Source: Gekko japonicus
Lineage: Eukaryota
DNA: 64,000 nt
NCBI RefSeq assembly: GCF_001447785.1
Contig: NW_015170278.1
Span: 1,762,357 to 1,826,356, forward strand
Direction: 5' to 3'
Shown here: positions 49,936-63,860 of the stretch, piece after piece
How the letters are laid out: each line of letters opens with the position of its first letter
How positions within the stretch are numbered: position 1 is the stretch's first letter
The notes under the pieces: generated by a model
The model's input: the letters and a program-made list of their open reading frames with translations, nothing else
The model's database searches: none
Told to the model about the DNA's origin: nothing
Translations under genes and position numbers: made by a program

Positions 49936-52900
49936 TTTTCCCTCCCTTCTACCCTTCCTTCCTTCTTTGACCTTGCACAACTGGTAACCAGAGATAGATT
50001 GCCTCTGAGCAGGTTACTGAATGTTGTGGGTGAAGAGCTAAATATCATGTGGAAGAAGCTAGCATATTCCTTCTTGCTGACAAGTCAGGAGGCTGAAATC
50101 CTTCAGCTTTTCACAAGGTTAAGTAGTGGTTATGGAAGAGCATCTGCTCTGATCACCACATAAATGTGCTTTGAAAATTCTAGTGGAATGCTACAAGTTT
50201 AGTCCCACCAAAGAGTTTGGTTAATGTGTGTAATATGCGGCAGGGTAGGATTAATTGCAACTGTCCCAGGCCCGATTCCAATCAGCATCTAAGAAACAAA
50301 AAGTTTGCTTAAATCCTCTAACAATAAGCCCTGATTTACAAGCACTGGTTTCTGTTCTTCTTAGGAATATGGAGGTTTTGGGTTCAGAGATATTTCTATC
50401 ACTGAGTAACACCGGTCTCCTTTCCTGATGGATAACTTCTTTTCCTTTAAATACCACTGGCTGCTTGAACCTGAGCCACTGACACCAACAGAGCAGAAAA
50501 TCCTCCACTGGCATCTGCTTCCCACATCTTCATTCTCTGAGGTATTGATTGTGGAGCAAGTGGATCCACAGGAGGGAGAGCTGACCTGAGGTGTGCGTGA
50601 CTGCAAAGATGTTTTGGGCAAACCCACCCCAACTGGAACAATAAGGCCATTGGTGTTGTTGTTTGGGGATTAGCTGACTCCTGTCTCTGGATCACTGACA
50701 GGTAATTTTAGGCTCCATTGGTGGATAAGGAATGTTAATGGGAAAGGCAAAAGCTTCCACACATGGGTAGCCGACTTCCATCCCAGGGTGAAATCAACCT
50801 AGCGAGATCAACCTGTGTCTCTCTTTCGTCATAATCCAATACAAGTTCTTGGCTTTTGCATTGAGATAGTGAGAATAAATGAGGCATCTTCCTGAAGAAC
50901 AAACCTTGCTTTATAGCTTGGACATCTTTTCCTCGCCCCCAAAGGCTGAGATATGACTGATGGCACAGTATTCTGCCAGTGCAATGTAGTTCTAAACTTT
51001 TGAGCCCAGTGGCACATTTCTAACCAAAAGCCACCAGTCCCAATTACTGCAGCCCTGCCACCCTAGCACATGGGCCTCAAAATCTTTTCTTAATGCTTTT
51101 TAGTTTTGCTCTGCAGCTCCCTTGATTCTGTAATCCTACTTGACCAGTTGGTGCTACCTTGACTTCTGCTTATAAGAGGTTTACTAAGGGCTCAGCTAGA
51201 TGATACATGTGACGTGAATAAACTTCTGCCACATGTAACATTGGGGAATTAACTTTCTCAAATGCTGCAGGTTCAGATTTGGTTCACTAGTGCAGCATGG
51301 GGGAGGGGGGCTTCAGCCTGTGCTATTTTTCCTGCCGTATGCCACCATGTGCTGCAGTTAGTACATGGGGGGCACCACAGGGGCAAATACCTCCCCCTTG
51401 GCCATTTCAGCTTGGCAAAACCTCGCTGGAGGGAAGGTTGAAGATCTTCCCTTGTGCCACGTTCGTGAGCCAAATCCAGCCCTGCAACACTTGAGAATGT
51501 TAATTCCCTGAAAGTTACATGTGGCACAAGTTAGGCCAGACAATCCCTGACCTGATTCATGTCACACGTATTGTCTAGTTGAGCATTAAGATGTTTCCTT
51601 ACACACTGAACAGCTGACTTTTGGTTCATGCCTCCATCTTCTTTTCTTACAGCAGCGATTGATTTGTTAATACAGTCTATATCCTGACAGTTCACATGTG
51701 CCAATTCATCCCTCACTGACTCCAAATGAAATCCTGCTTGTGTGTGTGTGTGTGGGGGGGAAACCCAACCATCATAGCACAAACGGCACAGACACTGGAC
51801 ATCAGTGGAGAAAGTTCTTGTGTTATGATTCACTGAGTCTTGAGAGATCAAGTGCTAGAGGGGCAGCCCCTATGCTGTTTGTATTCCTGGTATAAATCTC
51901 TGTGCCAAGTGAATTAACACTTCATCCATCTGATTAAATGGCCTCTGGCTAATGAAACTTCTCTGCCATGATAAATTTGTTTGTCTTTTGTTGTTTTTCA
52001 CTATCAAGCAATGTCCATGTATATATATGAATCAACCCCGTAAGAGACTTGGTCTGTTGATGAATGTGTTCGGTATATATAAGCTCAGAATTTCTTTGCT
52101 ATTTCATGTAGGAAAATTCTTCCTGTGCAGTGCTGTTCGGATTGCAACTTAAAACACCATCTGATATTGACATTTGGGACACTTGTTTGCATTAGGAAAG
52201 GTGTGTGTGTGTTTTGTACAATAAACATTATAGAACCTTGTTCACAACAGCTAGTGGGTGTTTAATGTATTGTACTTTTTTGGAACACTCTGTTCCTCAA
52301 AGGTCTACTATTGATGGAGCCATACAATCAGAACTTCTGAAGTGAACCTGCTTGAGAAGAGAGAGCCAAGGAACAGGTGAAGGGAGACGGCAGTGCTGGC
52401 ACTGAAGCATTTCTTTGCCTGGTTTCACAACAATAAGAGTCATAGCTGCCATTTGGCTGGACCATGTGGTATGGAGGCTAATTGGGATCTCCATTCCATG
52501 ACACTGGATTGAACCCTAGATTAAACACGTGTACCGTTCCTCTTCTGCCCTAAGGAGTGCTGGGAGGACTCCTTACAATACTGAGAACTAAGGAAGAACA
52601 ATAAGACTCTCAAATATTATTAGAGCGTGACAACAACCCTTCAGTTTCTTGGGAGGGGGTAGGTTTCCATTATTTTGCATTGTCTGTCCCTAGTCTGGTG
52701 GCATTCATGGGTAGGACCTCAGGTGGTGACAGAGCCTTTGGTAAGGCATATGGTAAATGACATCTCTGCTATATGAATGACTCCTTGCCCTTCTGTACAC
52801 TGTAGCACACATCCCATTAAATCTAACAGTAGGGACCACGCAGCTCCCGCTGAGGAGATATGCACTCAGACAATAGAGTCAATGTGTGCTGCTTAATGAA

Positions 52901-55900
52901 AGCATCTGACTCCAATTACATCTCTCCTGGATTTGCATTTCTGTTTAATTGAGGAAGTGAGAGTGAATCTGGTGTGGCTCTTTGCAAGCTCTAGCAGCCT
53001 TTTATCTGACTAATATGTGTTTAATTAAGCCTGCAATGAGCTGGCTGCAGTTATCTCTGCGAGGGCTTGATGAAGTCATCTCCCAGCATGCACTGCAACT
53101 CTACAAGCTCTCTAGGCATAAGTCCCAGTGTGGGCACACATCAATGCCTGACTGTATGAGCTCGGGGAAGAAGCTTTGGAATACAATACAATTCTGGAAG
53201 AGGTATTGGTATGTTGTGTAGAGATTTTTACGTACAAAGAGAATTGCTGGAAAATGTTTATAAATGACATTGAAGTCCAGCTTGTAAATAAGGAAACTGA
53301 GAGATCTGATCTGGCTAATAATATCTAGCAGCTTATACAGTTACTTACCTGCGTGCCAGTAATGTGGTAACTCTTTGTACTCTGAATGCACAAAAACAAA
53401 AAGTAGACCAAAATTGTATTGGCTCTATTTGGTGTGTCCCTTTCTTCCATAATCTGAATGAAATGTGTGAATTGCTGCTCCAGTTCTACTCTGGCAGGAT
53501 GTAATGATCTGTGACTCATGTGCCTAATTTATCTCCTGAGGTTGCCAGCTCTGGCTGGGGAAATTCCTGGAGATTTGGGGGCAGCACATGGGGAGGGACT
53601 TCTGTTTCTTGCTGTACATCTGCCCTCTGAAGCTGCCATTTTCTCCAGGAACTGACCTGTGTTGTGTAGAGAACCATTGTAATTGGAGAACACCTGCTTC
53701 CACCAAGAAGTTGGCAACCCTACTTCTTCCTCATAATGTTTGAAACTGCCCATCATATTGCCAGAAGATTGGCAGGCAGATCAGCGGCAGCTGTTTTCCT
53801 CATAAGATCGAAAAGAGAACTATCAGGACGATGTGGGAGGATTCAACTAGGCCTAGTGATTATTCTTCCTTGTCCTTTGGAATTGGTCTTTTGAAATTCA
53901 TACAATTATAGGGTTAACATATTTGAAAAGCAAAAAAGAGGACATTCCTGGCTGACTACCGTACTTCAAAGAACTGATCACTATGACAAATCTCATGTTA
54001 AATACCCCCACTATTTAAGCTGAAGTTTGCCTCCACTGGGGGACTAGCAAAACAGGCTCAGCCTCCCAACCCAAAAAGAGGACATTTTCATCCTTTAAAA
54101 AACTAAAAGAGCCCCAAAGAGGACTGACTCCAAAAAATGAGGATGTGTCCTCTAAAAAGAGGACATCTGGTAACCCATACAATTACGTAGCCTTGGCTTG
54201 AGGCCTAAAAATGAATTGTCCCAGAGGACAGGTTCAGACAGCCAGGCTTTGTTTATCTGCACCCATGCTCAGAGGGCCTGGCTCTGGGTCATGGCCAGAC
54301 ACCTTGCTGTACATCATCCTACCAGGCTTCTGCTCTCATAAGGCCTTATCATATTCTTCAGAAATACCTTAAGAAGAACCATATCTGCAAAGATGGGCCT
54401 GCTTCTGCTGCTGGTTTCCTTCTCTGTGCTTATCTTCCAATAGGCTCCAGAGATTCTCAGCTCAAAGAGATGTTGAGCCTTGAAGAATGACGGCCTTTGT
54501 GACTCACTCCTGTTGTGGGGAAGATTATGAACTGTAATTGTTCCTGATACACTGAATGCATCTTTTGCCTTTTCCCTCTATCAAATAATAAATGCCTTCT
54601 ATTAATTTGCCCCCCACCCCCAGAAGCTGCCCTGCTCAATTTATTTCTAATGCACTAGATGGCCCATCCCACTAACTGCTGTCCTGTCTCAGACAACCTA
54701 CTCCCACAGAAAGTATTCAGTTCTTAAAACATGCCAAAGAATCACTGGCTGCTGTCTGGAACTTTGCAGATTTACTTATGAAAATGTTTATTTCTTGTTT
54801 ATTTCCAGAGATCACATGACATTAGCTTATCCATAAGCACATTTTTAACTTTAATGAACAACGTATGTTATGTTAATCTATGTTAATGTATTGTTTCTTA
54901 AACAGACAAGCCAGGCACGAGGACTCTGAATTAGAGACACGCTATGGGTCAGTGGTGGTGAACAAGCATTCTGTGCAGATGGTCCCAGGTTCAGTCCAGT
55001 GGAACTTAATATCACCAGATACTCTTGGGTAACAGGCCTTAGGAAAGACATTTCTCAGCATAAGGCTCTGGTAAGCACTACCAATCACAAGTAGAGCCTG
55101 CTGAGCTAGACTGATCAATAGACTGAGCTGGACTGATCAATACCAATCACAAGCAGAGCCTGCTGAGCTAGACTGATCATCAACAATATCTGCGCCTGGC
55201 ATGGCACTTAGGTGTCCATACATGACTGTCTCTTGGGTAACTTAGGTGTCCATACATGACTGTCTCTGTTTTCCAAAACCATCTGTGTGAGTCATGGGAT
55301 ACATCTTTGTTTCTTCAATGTACTTTGGAGTGGTGTTTGGCACGTCTTTGAAATAATAGGAAGCAGCATCCCTGGCTCATTATCAGGCTTCTGTTGATCT
55401 TCTGATTTGCAGTGGGAGAACATAAGTGACCACAGAAAACTTCATGAATGGGTCAGCAGTACTACTGAAGAGCTCATTCTGCATTATCAGCAGATAAACT
55501 TAAAAAGTTGTGATTTAATAGGAGTACACTACCAGGTGATATGTGAAAAGCAGGCTTTCAGATAACTAGCTAAAATGTTTTTTGGCATTGCCTTTGTTTG
55601 TATTCACAATCAAGTTGGCTGCTGTATCAGGTTAATCGTATGCCTCTCTACACTTTGTTCTTTTTATTGCTAGTTTCTCAATAACATATATTCTTACATT
55701 TCTTTGAATTGTAAATGGTTATCTTTCAGTTTGCTTTTCCTTTGCAGATCACAATACTTATGACTGCCATGTGGGAGGCCTCTTAAAAGCTTTCTGAATT
55801 AAGGTGTGGGATTATATTAACTGCAAAAGGTTGATGTGGCAGGGTACCTTTCCTAACCTGAGGCATGCAGGGTTTCAATTAATGTAGTTTTAAATATCTT

Positions 55901-56733
55901 CCAAGCATTGTGAAGGAATTTTACTCTCTTAATCCTAACTTTCAGCTTTGACTAGTCCCCTCACTTTTGTTAAATTCCCACTTTTTAAATCAGATGTGAT
56001 CATTTTGGACTTCTGGGACAGCTTCCCATTGATATAAATGGTGGACATAATAGCATAATTGTTACTGTTCCCATGTGCTGCAGCAATATCTACATCTTGC
56101 ACCAGGTTTCAAGCACCACTCAGAACCAGTCCAGGGTCACTACCCCTCTGGTTGGGTCCATGACCAACTATTTCAACACACAGTCATTAATGATATCTAG
56201 AAACCTCATGTCTGTGGCATGACTCAAGCATATATTTACCCTGTCAATATGAGGCTAGTTTAAGTCACCCATTATTCCATCAGTCTATAGTTGTCTATAG
56301 TTGCGGCTAGTTGAAGTCACCCATTATTCCATCAGTCTATAGTTGTCTATAGTTGTGGCTAGTTGAAGTCACCCATTATTCCATCAGTCTATAGTTGTCT
56401 ATAGTTGTCTCATTTCCTTCTCTGTCTTGAGATCCCCCTTCAGATTTTGGTCAGATGGTCAGTAGTATATCCCTGCTTTTAATTTACCTTAAACATGGGT
56501 AATGATCCTGATGGCCATTTAAAAAAAAAAAGCCACTGGGTAGGGCAATTGGAAAGAGAATTGGCAGCGGCAAGGCACTGCATAATCATTTCTCTACTCA
56601 CTATTTCTCCATTCCCAGTTCTTTTTCTGTACACAAAGGCCAGGTTTGCAGGTAGTTTGGCATGCAGTATCATGGAGCATGTAACAAAGCCTTTTCTCTT
56701 TTCACAAGTGAATTAATTAGCTGTTTTGAAGTA

Positions 56734-57769
56734 AGTCCTCAGGCAAGTCCTTAAAGAGATGGGGGTACCAGATCACCTCACATGTCTCCGGAGAAACCTG
56801 TATAAGGGTCAAGAAGCGACAGTTAGAACCGGATATGGAACAACTGATTGGTTTAGAATAGGAAAAGGTGTACGACAAGGATGTATATTGTCACCTTGCT
56901 TATTTAATTTATATGCAGAGTACATCATGCGAAATGTTGGCCTGGGTGAATCACAAGCCGGAATTAAGATAGCCAGGAAAAACAACCTCAGATATGCAGA
57001 TGATACCACTCTAATGGCAGAAAGTGAAGAGGACCTAAAGAGCCTCTTGTTCAGGATGAGAGGAGAGCACAAAAGTTGGGTTTGAAACTCAACATAAAAA
57101 AATTAGATCATGACATCCAACCCCATCACTCCTTGGCAAATAGAAGGGGAAGTCTTGGAAGCAGTGACAGAATTCATGTTCCTGGGATCCGAGATCACTC
57201 CAGATGGTTACTGCAGCTATGAAATTAAAAGACTCCTGCTCCTTGGGAGGAAAGCTATGGCAAACCTAGACAGCATAATAAAAAGGAGGGACATCACCCT
57301 GCCAACAAGAGTCCGTGTAGTCAAAGTGATGGTATTCCCAGTAGTAATGTATGGCTGCAAGAATTGGACCCTAAGGAAGACTGAGCGCTGAAGAATAGAT
57401 GCTTTCGAATTATGGTGCTGGAGAAAACTCTTGAGAGTCCCTTGGACTACAAGGAGATCAAATCAGTTGATCCTAAAGGAAATCAACCCTGACTGTTCCC
57501 TGGGAGGCCAGATATTGAAGCTGAAGCTCAAATACTTTGGCCTCCAAATGAGAAGGGAGCACTCACTGGAGAAGACCCTGATGCTGGGAATGATTAAAGG
57601 TAAAAGAAGAAGGGGATGGGAAAGGATGAGATGGTTAGACAGTGTTATTGATGCAATGAACATGAAATTGAGCAAACTCTGGAGGACGGCAGAAGACAGG
57701 AGGGCCTGCCGTGATGTGGTCCATGGGGTCATGAAGAGTCGGACTTGACTGTGAGACTGAACAACAACA
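56734..57769 (+). mobile_element. RTE-BovB LINE, 5'-truncated, about 1 kb of RT and 3' end
   Basis: GVRQGCILSPCLFNLYAE, NNLRYADDTTL, RRLLLGRKAM-like and MRWLDSV motifs with frameshifts; (CAA)n tail; TSD ttgaagta at 56726-56733 and 57770-57777. Confidence 0.95.
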
Positions 57770-58387
57770 TTGAAGTACATTATGGACTTCAGTTTTAATC
57801 TATTATTTCTGAGAAAAAAAGACTTCAGTGTTATCCTCTATGGTATTTGCTGTGATCTTGGGGAGCACATGAAAGCACATAGCTCTATTGCATCTGTTCC
57901 TACTGCAATTTCTTGACTCCGTTCAGATGATAGTTTGGACCACTTTCTTCACTCAGGGAAGGGGGCAGTATGTGAAGAAAGCTTTCAAATGTCCATCATG
58001 CATGCTCAGTTCTCTACAATATTTCAAGATAACAAGAGAGTTGAAGACATCACTGTGTCTCAGTTCTGTAAGCTTGTCTTGCACACTTTGTTCTTCCTCT
58101 CATGACTGAAATAGCATGGAAAAATTGATAAGGAAATTGATAAAGCCTGGATAAAGACTTCTTGGTGCTGCTACTAATAATACTTAACATTTACTTTTGA
58201 GTGTTTATATCACCTCATGTATATTCTTGTTATGTTTGCAGCAACCATGGAAGGCAGGTCAATATTATTAACCCAATATTTCAGAAGGGAAGCTGAGGCT
58301 GAAAGTGAGAGTGGTTTGCTAAAGGCCATCTAGTCTACTTTGTAGCACAGAGAAGATCTGACTTGATTCATAGCTCAGTCTCTTCAT

Positions 58388-59347
58388 TGTTAGCCGAATT
58401 ACTTTATTTACAGCAATTGGCAATTTATAAATGGATTCTTGCCCGTTTATACCAAGGTCCTGTTCCCACCAAGGGTTTCCAGTAAAGGATAACGAGGCTG
58501 TTGTAGTTTAAAATAAATGTCTTTTACTTGAAAATATATCTCATACAAACAATACTGATGCACTCACACATTCAATCAAGTTCCTTAGAATTACAGTACT
58601 AAAATAACCACGGTTGCATTAGCAGGTAGGGGTGATGATGGACGATACTTATCTGTCTTGCAGCTTGGTTGTCCCAATGAAGAATGGATGGGAAGAAATG
58701 GAAAATAAAGGGATCCACACTACCAGAACTTAGCTGGAATGTGTGGGGGTCTCTTGACTGTAGATAAAGAGATCAAAGTAGAGGCAAGGGTTTGGGAATA
58801 GCAAGTGGGACTCAAGGGGACTAAAAGCAGATAGGGGGTGTTGTGGGGATTGCTAGCTAGGAAGGGCCAGGTGACTGGTACCCTCCTTTTATAGTGGGTC
58901 CATTAGATGGGTGGTACCTGTTCCAACCTGTAGACCCACCTGTCTGTTAGTCCGTCCCAAAAACAATCCTCTTGGTTGCATGTAAGGAGGGGTGGTTACC
59001 TAAGAGGGGTGGCCAATATTGTTACCTAAAACCTTACTCAAAGGATGGTATCTGGACAGGTGTGAAAACCTTGGCTCAGGATGCTTCATTGTAGTGTTGA
59101 TGAAGCTGGCCATTCTCATTGTGAACCAAATGTCCATTTGGCAGGAAATACCAAAGCAGGAACAAAGCAGTCGATGGGTGGTACGTGACCACAAACAGTT
59201 CAGCAATGGGGGCTGTCTCTTCTCAGAGCTGTTGTTTCTCATTGCTCACAATAATGGAGGTGTGTGCTTCTTTCACCAGGCTAGTAACTGTGTAGCTGAA
59301 ACCTTATTCACGTGTAAGGCTTGTGCAGGCACCTTCTATGTGTAACA
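58388..59347 (-). mobile_element. Probable solo LTR, about 960 bp
   Basis: tgtta...taaca inverted termini, flanks tcat / tcac (4-bp TSD with one mismatch), minus-strand TATAAAA at ~58887-58893. Confidence 0.5.
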
Positions 59348-60127
59348 TCACAACAGGTGTACAGCTTTCTGAGCCTAAGTGTGTATGCAGTCCAATGTGT
59401 GTAGCGATAAATAATTCATAAAGCAAATATCCAGTTCATTCCACGCAACTGAAGATGATGCTTGCCCAGTCCTTCATTCTTTCTGTGATAATATGAACAA
59501 ATTGCCAGCTGCAGAAATTCCCAATCATGGAAACATCTTGAAGATCTGGGTTCAAAATTATTGCAACTTTTCCTTGATGTGAGCAACATTTTGAATACAG
59601 TGTCAAAAGTGCCTTGAAAGATATACCCTGTTCATTCTCCCTTTCCACAAAACTAGGTATACTGTTATAGAAAGAAATTAAGGATGCTTTAATATGATTT
59701 GTCCATGTTATCTATTGGTAACCCTGCACTTTATTTTAAAGACTTATAAATTGTTATATAGTCTTAAGTTTTCCAGAAATCATACTAACAGTTTCATCAT
59801 TTCCTAAATCACTTGCATTTTGAGAGATTATTTGTCCTCAGCATTCTGAGAGATTACTCATTCTCAGCCAACTGGAAACTCACCTGCCTTTAAAGTAAGG
59901 AATAGATTGGAACTGTTTTGGAGAGGAGACAAAGTTCATTTCCAAACAGGTTTGTCAACAACCTGGAGAAAACCTCTTTTAATAGAGATTCAATGTGTGG
60001 AAATGGCCTGGTGAAACTTTTCATGGCATGGAGGTAAATAACATCCCATTAACCCTGTATTAAAGGGACAGGACATTTTTCTCCAGGTGTGTTGGCAAAC
60101 CTATTTCCAGATGAATTTATTGCACGT

Positions 60128-60354
60128 ACCTAGCAGTTCGAAAGCACGAAATTGCAAGTAGATAAATAGGTACCACTTCAGTGGGAAGGTAACAGCGTTC
60201 CGTGCGCCTTGGTGTTTAGTCATGCTGGCCACATGACCACGGGAATGTCTTCGGACAGCGTTGGCTCTTCAGCTTTGAAACGGAGAAGAGCACCGCAACC
60301 CTAGAGTCGGATTCGACTGGCTTTCGAGCAAGGGAACCTTTACCTTTACTTTTA
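60128..60354 (+). mobile_element. Sauria SINE, 5'-truncated
   Basis: Close match to 42903-43125, including the acctttacctttac tail. Confidence 0.85.
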
Positions 60355-61439
60355 CATCACAAAAAGAAAGAACCATTGGAAAATAAATGGGGGAGGGGAC
60401 AGGACTGGACACTTCATTTGAAAATGCACTTGATTTGCCTACGAACAATATTTTTCCTACATGGAAATTATCTCAGTGTACATCCTGTATGCCTCAAGTG
60501 AAAACATGAGTGTCTACTCTTCTATAACTGCTTTGCATGGTTTGGAAGTGACAGAGGTTAACAACACACGGTACTTTACATGGATGGACATGGGGGGGAG
60601 TTGGTACAATGACATTATCTTTGTGTAGGAAAAAAGTCATGCATGAGGCAGCTCTGAGTTTCAATTCTCATCCCAATGAACCGGTGGTAAGAACTGGCAA
60701 GTGCCACAATGATCTAATATGATGCCAGTTTGTAAGCCATCAGCAACATTGCTGGAATAATATGTATGCAGCAGTGGGAATAAATTCTTTGGCAAGTATC
60801 CTTCTCCACTGCCTTCTGTTTTCTATTAAGCACAGCACAACTTAATTTCTTAAGGGCTAAACTGTACACACTGTCACCTGAACCAACTTAATGATCTGCA
60901 CCAAGCTATCTCCTTACATCATGGGGAGAAGGTTTACATAAGGGCACCTGGAACCAATGAGAAATTACATACCCTCATCTGATCTGCCTGAAGCTAGAAT
61001 GCTACATCTGAGGAACATTTCAGTCAGATGTGGTACCACTGATATTGTCAGGTTTAGAAGCAGGAGACCCAGATTCAAAATAGAAACTCCTATTCAATCA
61101 CAATGTTTGTGGACTAAAGCCAGTTTCAGATACTCCAATAAGTCTGGCGTCTTAAGAGTTCTTTTTGGTTTTGTTACAACAGACTAACATGGCTACTTCA
61201 AAAGAATTGTAAAAAGATCTGTAAATAGTTCTTTTATTTATAATATTTGGTCCCACTTATCCTCCAAAGACATCATGGTAGCATAGGTGGGCTGTTTAAC
61301 TGTATTCTCTAAAAAGCCTCTGTAGCAGGTATTAGGCTGTCAGAGATAGTTACTTGCCTATGGTGATAGTGGGAGAAATTCTAAGCAGGTCTGTTCAGAT
61401 GTCCACCAATCAAAATTAAGCTACAGGAGCACTACTTAG

Positions 61440-62420
61440 CACAGCCTTCACAGATCGCTTGCAGACACGCATTCTACAAACACGACCAGGCTGCCGATGA
61501 ATCCATCACTGATTACATCACAGTGCTCTGAAGGGCCTCTCGCAGATGCAGCTCTCCAGACATAGAGGCGGCCCTCCTTGACAGGCTAGTCTGTGGTTTG
61601 TGAGATGAGAAGCTGCAAAGAAGAATCTTCACAAAGAAGGAACTATTGTTCAAAGTCGCTTTTGAAGAGGCCCTTGCAGCCAAAGTCACCACAAGGTCAA
61701 CCCAAGAGGTGTGCCAGTCCAAAAGCCCACCAAATTCTTGCAAGGCACAGCCCATGTGTCAGGAGAACATAGAGGAACGACGACGACGAGGTCCACCATA
61801 CCAAGACGGTGGGACCCAAGTGCTTCAACCCCAGAGCAACCGCCAAGTCACCCTGCACCAGTTGTGGGGGTGACCACGAACACGGATGCTGCAAATTTCA
61901 CAATGCATGAGGCAAGCAGGGACACATCGCTTGTGTATGCCACTCCAGGAAGAGCAAGAAATCACCACAATTGTCTCTGTTCCATAACAGACAGTGTGAC
62001 AAGCTTTCAGCATCCACTACAGAGTGCCTTGCAACTTCCAGATGCTCCTGTCCTACCTTGATCTTGAACATTAAGGTAAAGATGAAGGACAAGATCAAGG
62101 TGACCGTACGCCTCAACGGCAAGCCCTGCAAAATGGAGGTCGACTGGTTCAGCACTCACGATCATTCAACTGAGACCCTGCACCAACTATTCCCAACGAA
62201 AGATCTACACAGCCTTGAACCATGCAGTGTGCATCTAACAGACTCTCATGGGCAACGTATCCCAGTGGCAGGCACTGGAAAATTTACTGTCCACTATAAG
62301 AATTTCTGTGGCCCCTGACACCTCATTGTGGCTGAAGGGCACTGAGCCAGCCTTCTAGGACTTGACTGGTTTGATGCACTTGGCATCCATGTCACTGGGG
62401 TCCAACAGATTTGCCAACTT
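61440..62420 (+). mobile_element. Gypsy-type LTR retrotransposon internal fragment (gag, zinc knuckle, protease), degenerate
   Basis: QAADESITDYI..L..RLVCGL*DEKLQRRI (gag), GKQGHIACVC (knuckle remnant), IKVTVRLNGKPCKMEVD (aspartic protease start) and SLLGLDWFDALGI, with stops and frameshifts. Confidence 0.8.
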
Positions 62421-63339
62421 GACCCTGGACTCTGAATAGCAGCATTGTCTAGGGTCCCATCAAAACCCTTGCGGCAAACATAATAACCAATCTAAGACAG
62501 CATATCTTTCAAATTCTATCAGGTAGCGGCTACCTGATAGAATTTGAAAGACATGCTGTCTTAGGTTATTATGTTGCTATCTTATTATTATGCTGTTATT
62601 ATGATGCTATCTTAAGAGCTTTTGTGCTCACAAAGAGAAATTATTGCACCTTATGTCCTTTATATAAACATCACAGTCCTTGAAAAAGATTCATTCAAAA
62701 CAGGTAAACTACTAGAGTCCCGTGGGACTAGTGTTAGTGTTACTGACAAGGGGCTGTCTGAATGTAAACCTGCACTCGATGTATTGTTTGGGTGAAACAT
62801 TTTTTTCTATGTATTGTTTGGGTGAAATATATTTTTGATAATATTTGATACCAATGTTTAGACAACAGTATTGAAAAATATAAACAGAAAAAGAATAAAG
62901 CATAACATTGTTTTACCATAAACATATCTTTATATAAACACACATATATTTTTGTATGTCTTCCTAACACTGTGACCCTCAGTTTTTGTATTAGCCACCA
63001 GGTGGGGCCTGAAGATCTCCTGTTATTACAACTGATCTCTAGACAATAAAGATCAGGTCCCCTGAAGAAAATGGCTGCTTTGGGACTTTGTGGCACTGTA
63101 CCCTGCTGAGGTCCCTCCCCTCCCCAAACCCCACCTTCTCCAGGCTCTACCCTCAAAATCTCCAGGTATTTCCCCACCCAGAGTTGGCAGCCCTAAGGAG
63201 CAATGATGTAAGATTCTGGGGAATTCTCCTGAAGGTATCTTAGGCTTGGATGTCACCATCACCTGACTTGAAGGGTCAAAAACTATAATTATGATATCCT
63301 CCCAAGGATTAGGGTTCCTTTTCTGAGACATCATGGATA

Positions 63340-63860
63340 GAAGAGGTTTTATTTATACCCCAACCTTCACTCAGAGTCTCAGAGAGGCTTACAAACTCCT
63401 TTTCCTTTCCCTCCCCACAACAGACACCCTGTGAGGTAGGCGGGGCTGAGAGAGCTTTTTCCAGAGCTGTCCTTGAGAGAACAGCTCTGACAGAACTATG
63501 GCTTGCCCAGGGCTCTTTTAGTAGAGAAAGCCCAGCAGGAACTCATTAGCATAATAGGTCACACCCAACAGCAGAAAGGTATTAGCATATTAGGCCACAC
63601 CCCTGACAGTTTATACCCCGCCCTTCACTCAGAGTCTCAGAGAGGCTTACAAACTCCTTTTCCTTCCCCTCCCCACAACAGACACCCTGTGAGGTAGGCG
63701 GGGATGAGAGAGCTTTTTCCAGAGCTGTCCTTGAGAGAACAGCTCTGACAGAACTATGGCTTGCCCAAGGTCATATAGGAGCTGTAAGTGGAGGAGTGGA
63801 GACTCAAACCTGGTTCTCCCAGGTTAGAGTCCACGCATTTAACCATTATACCAAACTGGA
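63340..63860 (-). mobile_element. tRNA-derived SINE with its 3' part duplicated in tandem
   Basis: ~63352-63510 is repeated at ~63610-63767; the head ends at aaccattataccaaactgg. Confidence 0.8.

Noticed and set aside
53325-53519. Minus-strand ORF ending near a strong donor (cag|gtaagt); another donor-like site at ~45460
   Set aside because: No recognisable protein, acceptor or partner exons; isolated donor motifs are expected by chance.
56255-56410. Three ~50-bp direct repeats as a possible CRISPR-like array
   Set aside because: Head-to-tail repeats with no unique spacers in a vertebrate genome; a simple tandem duplication.
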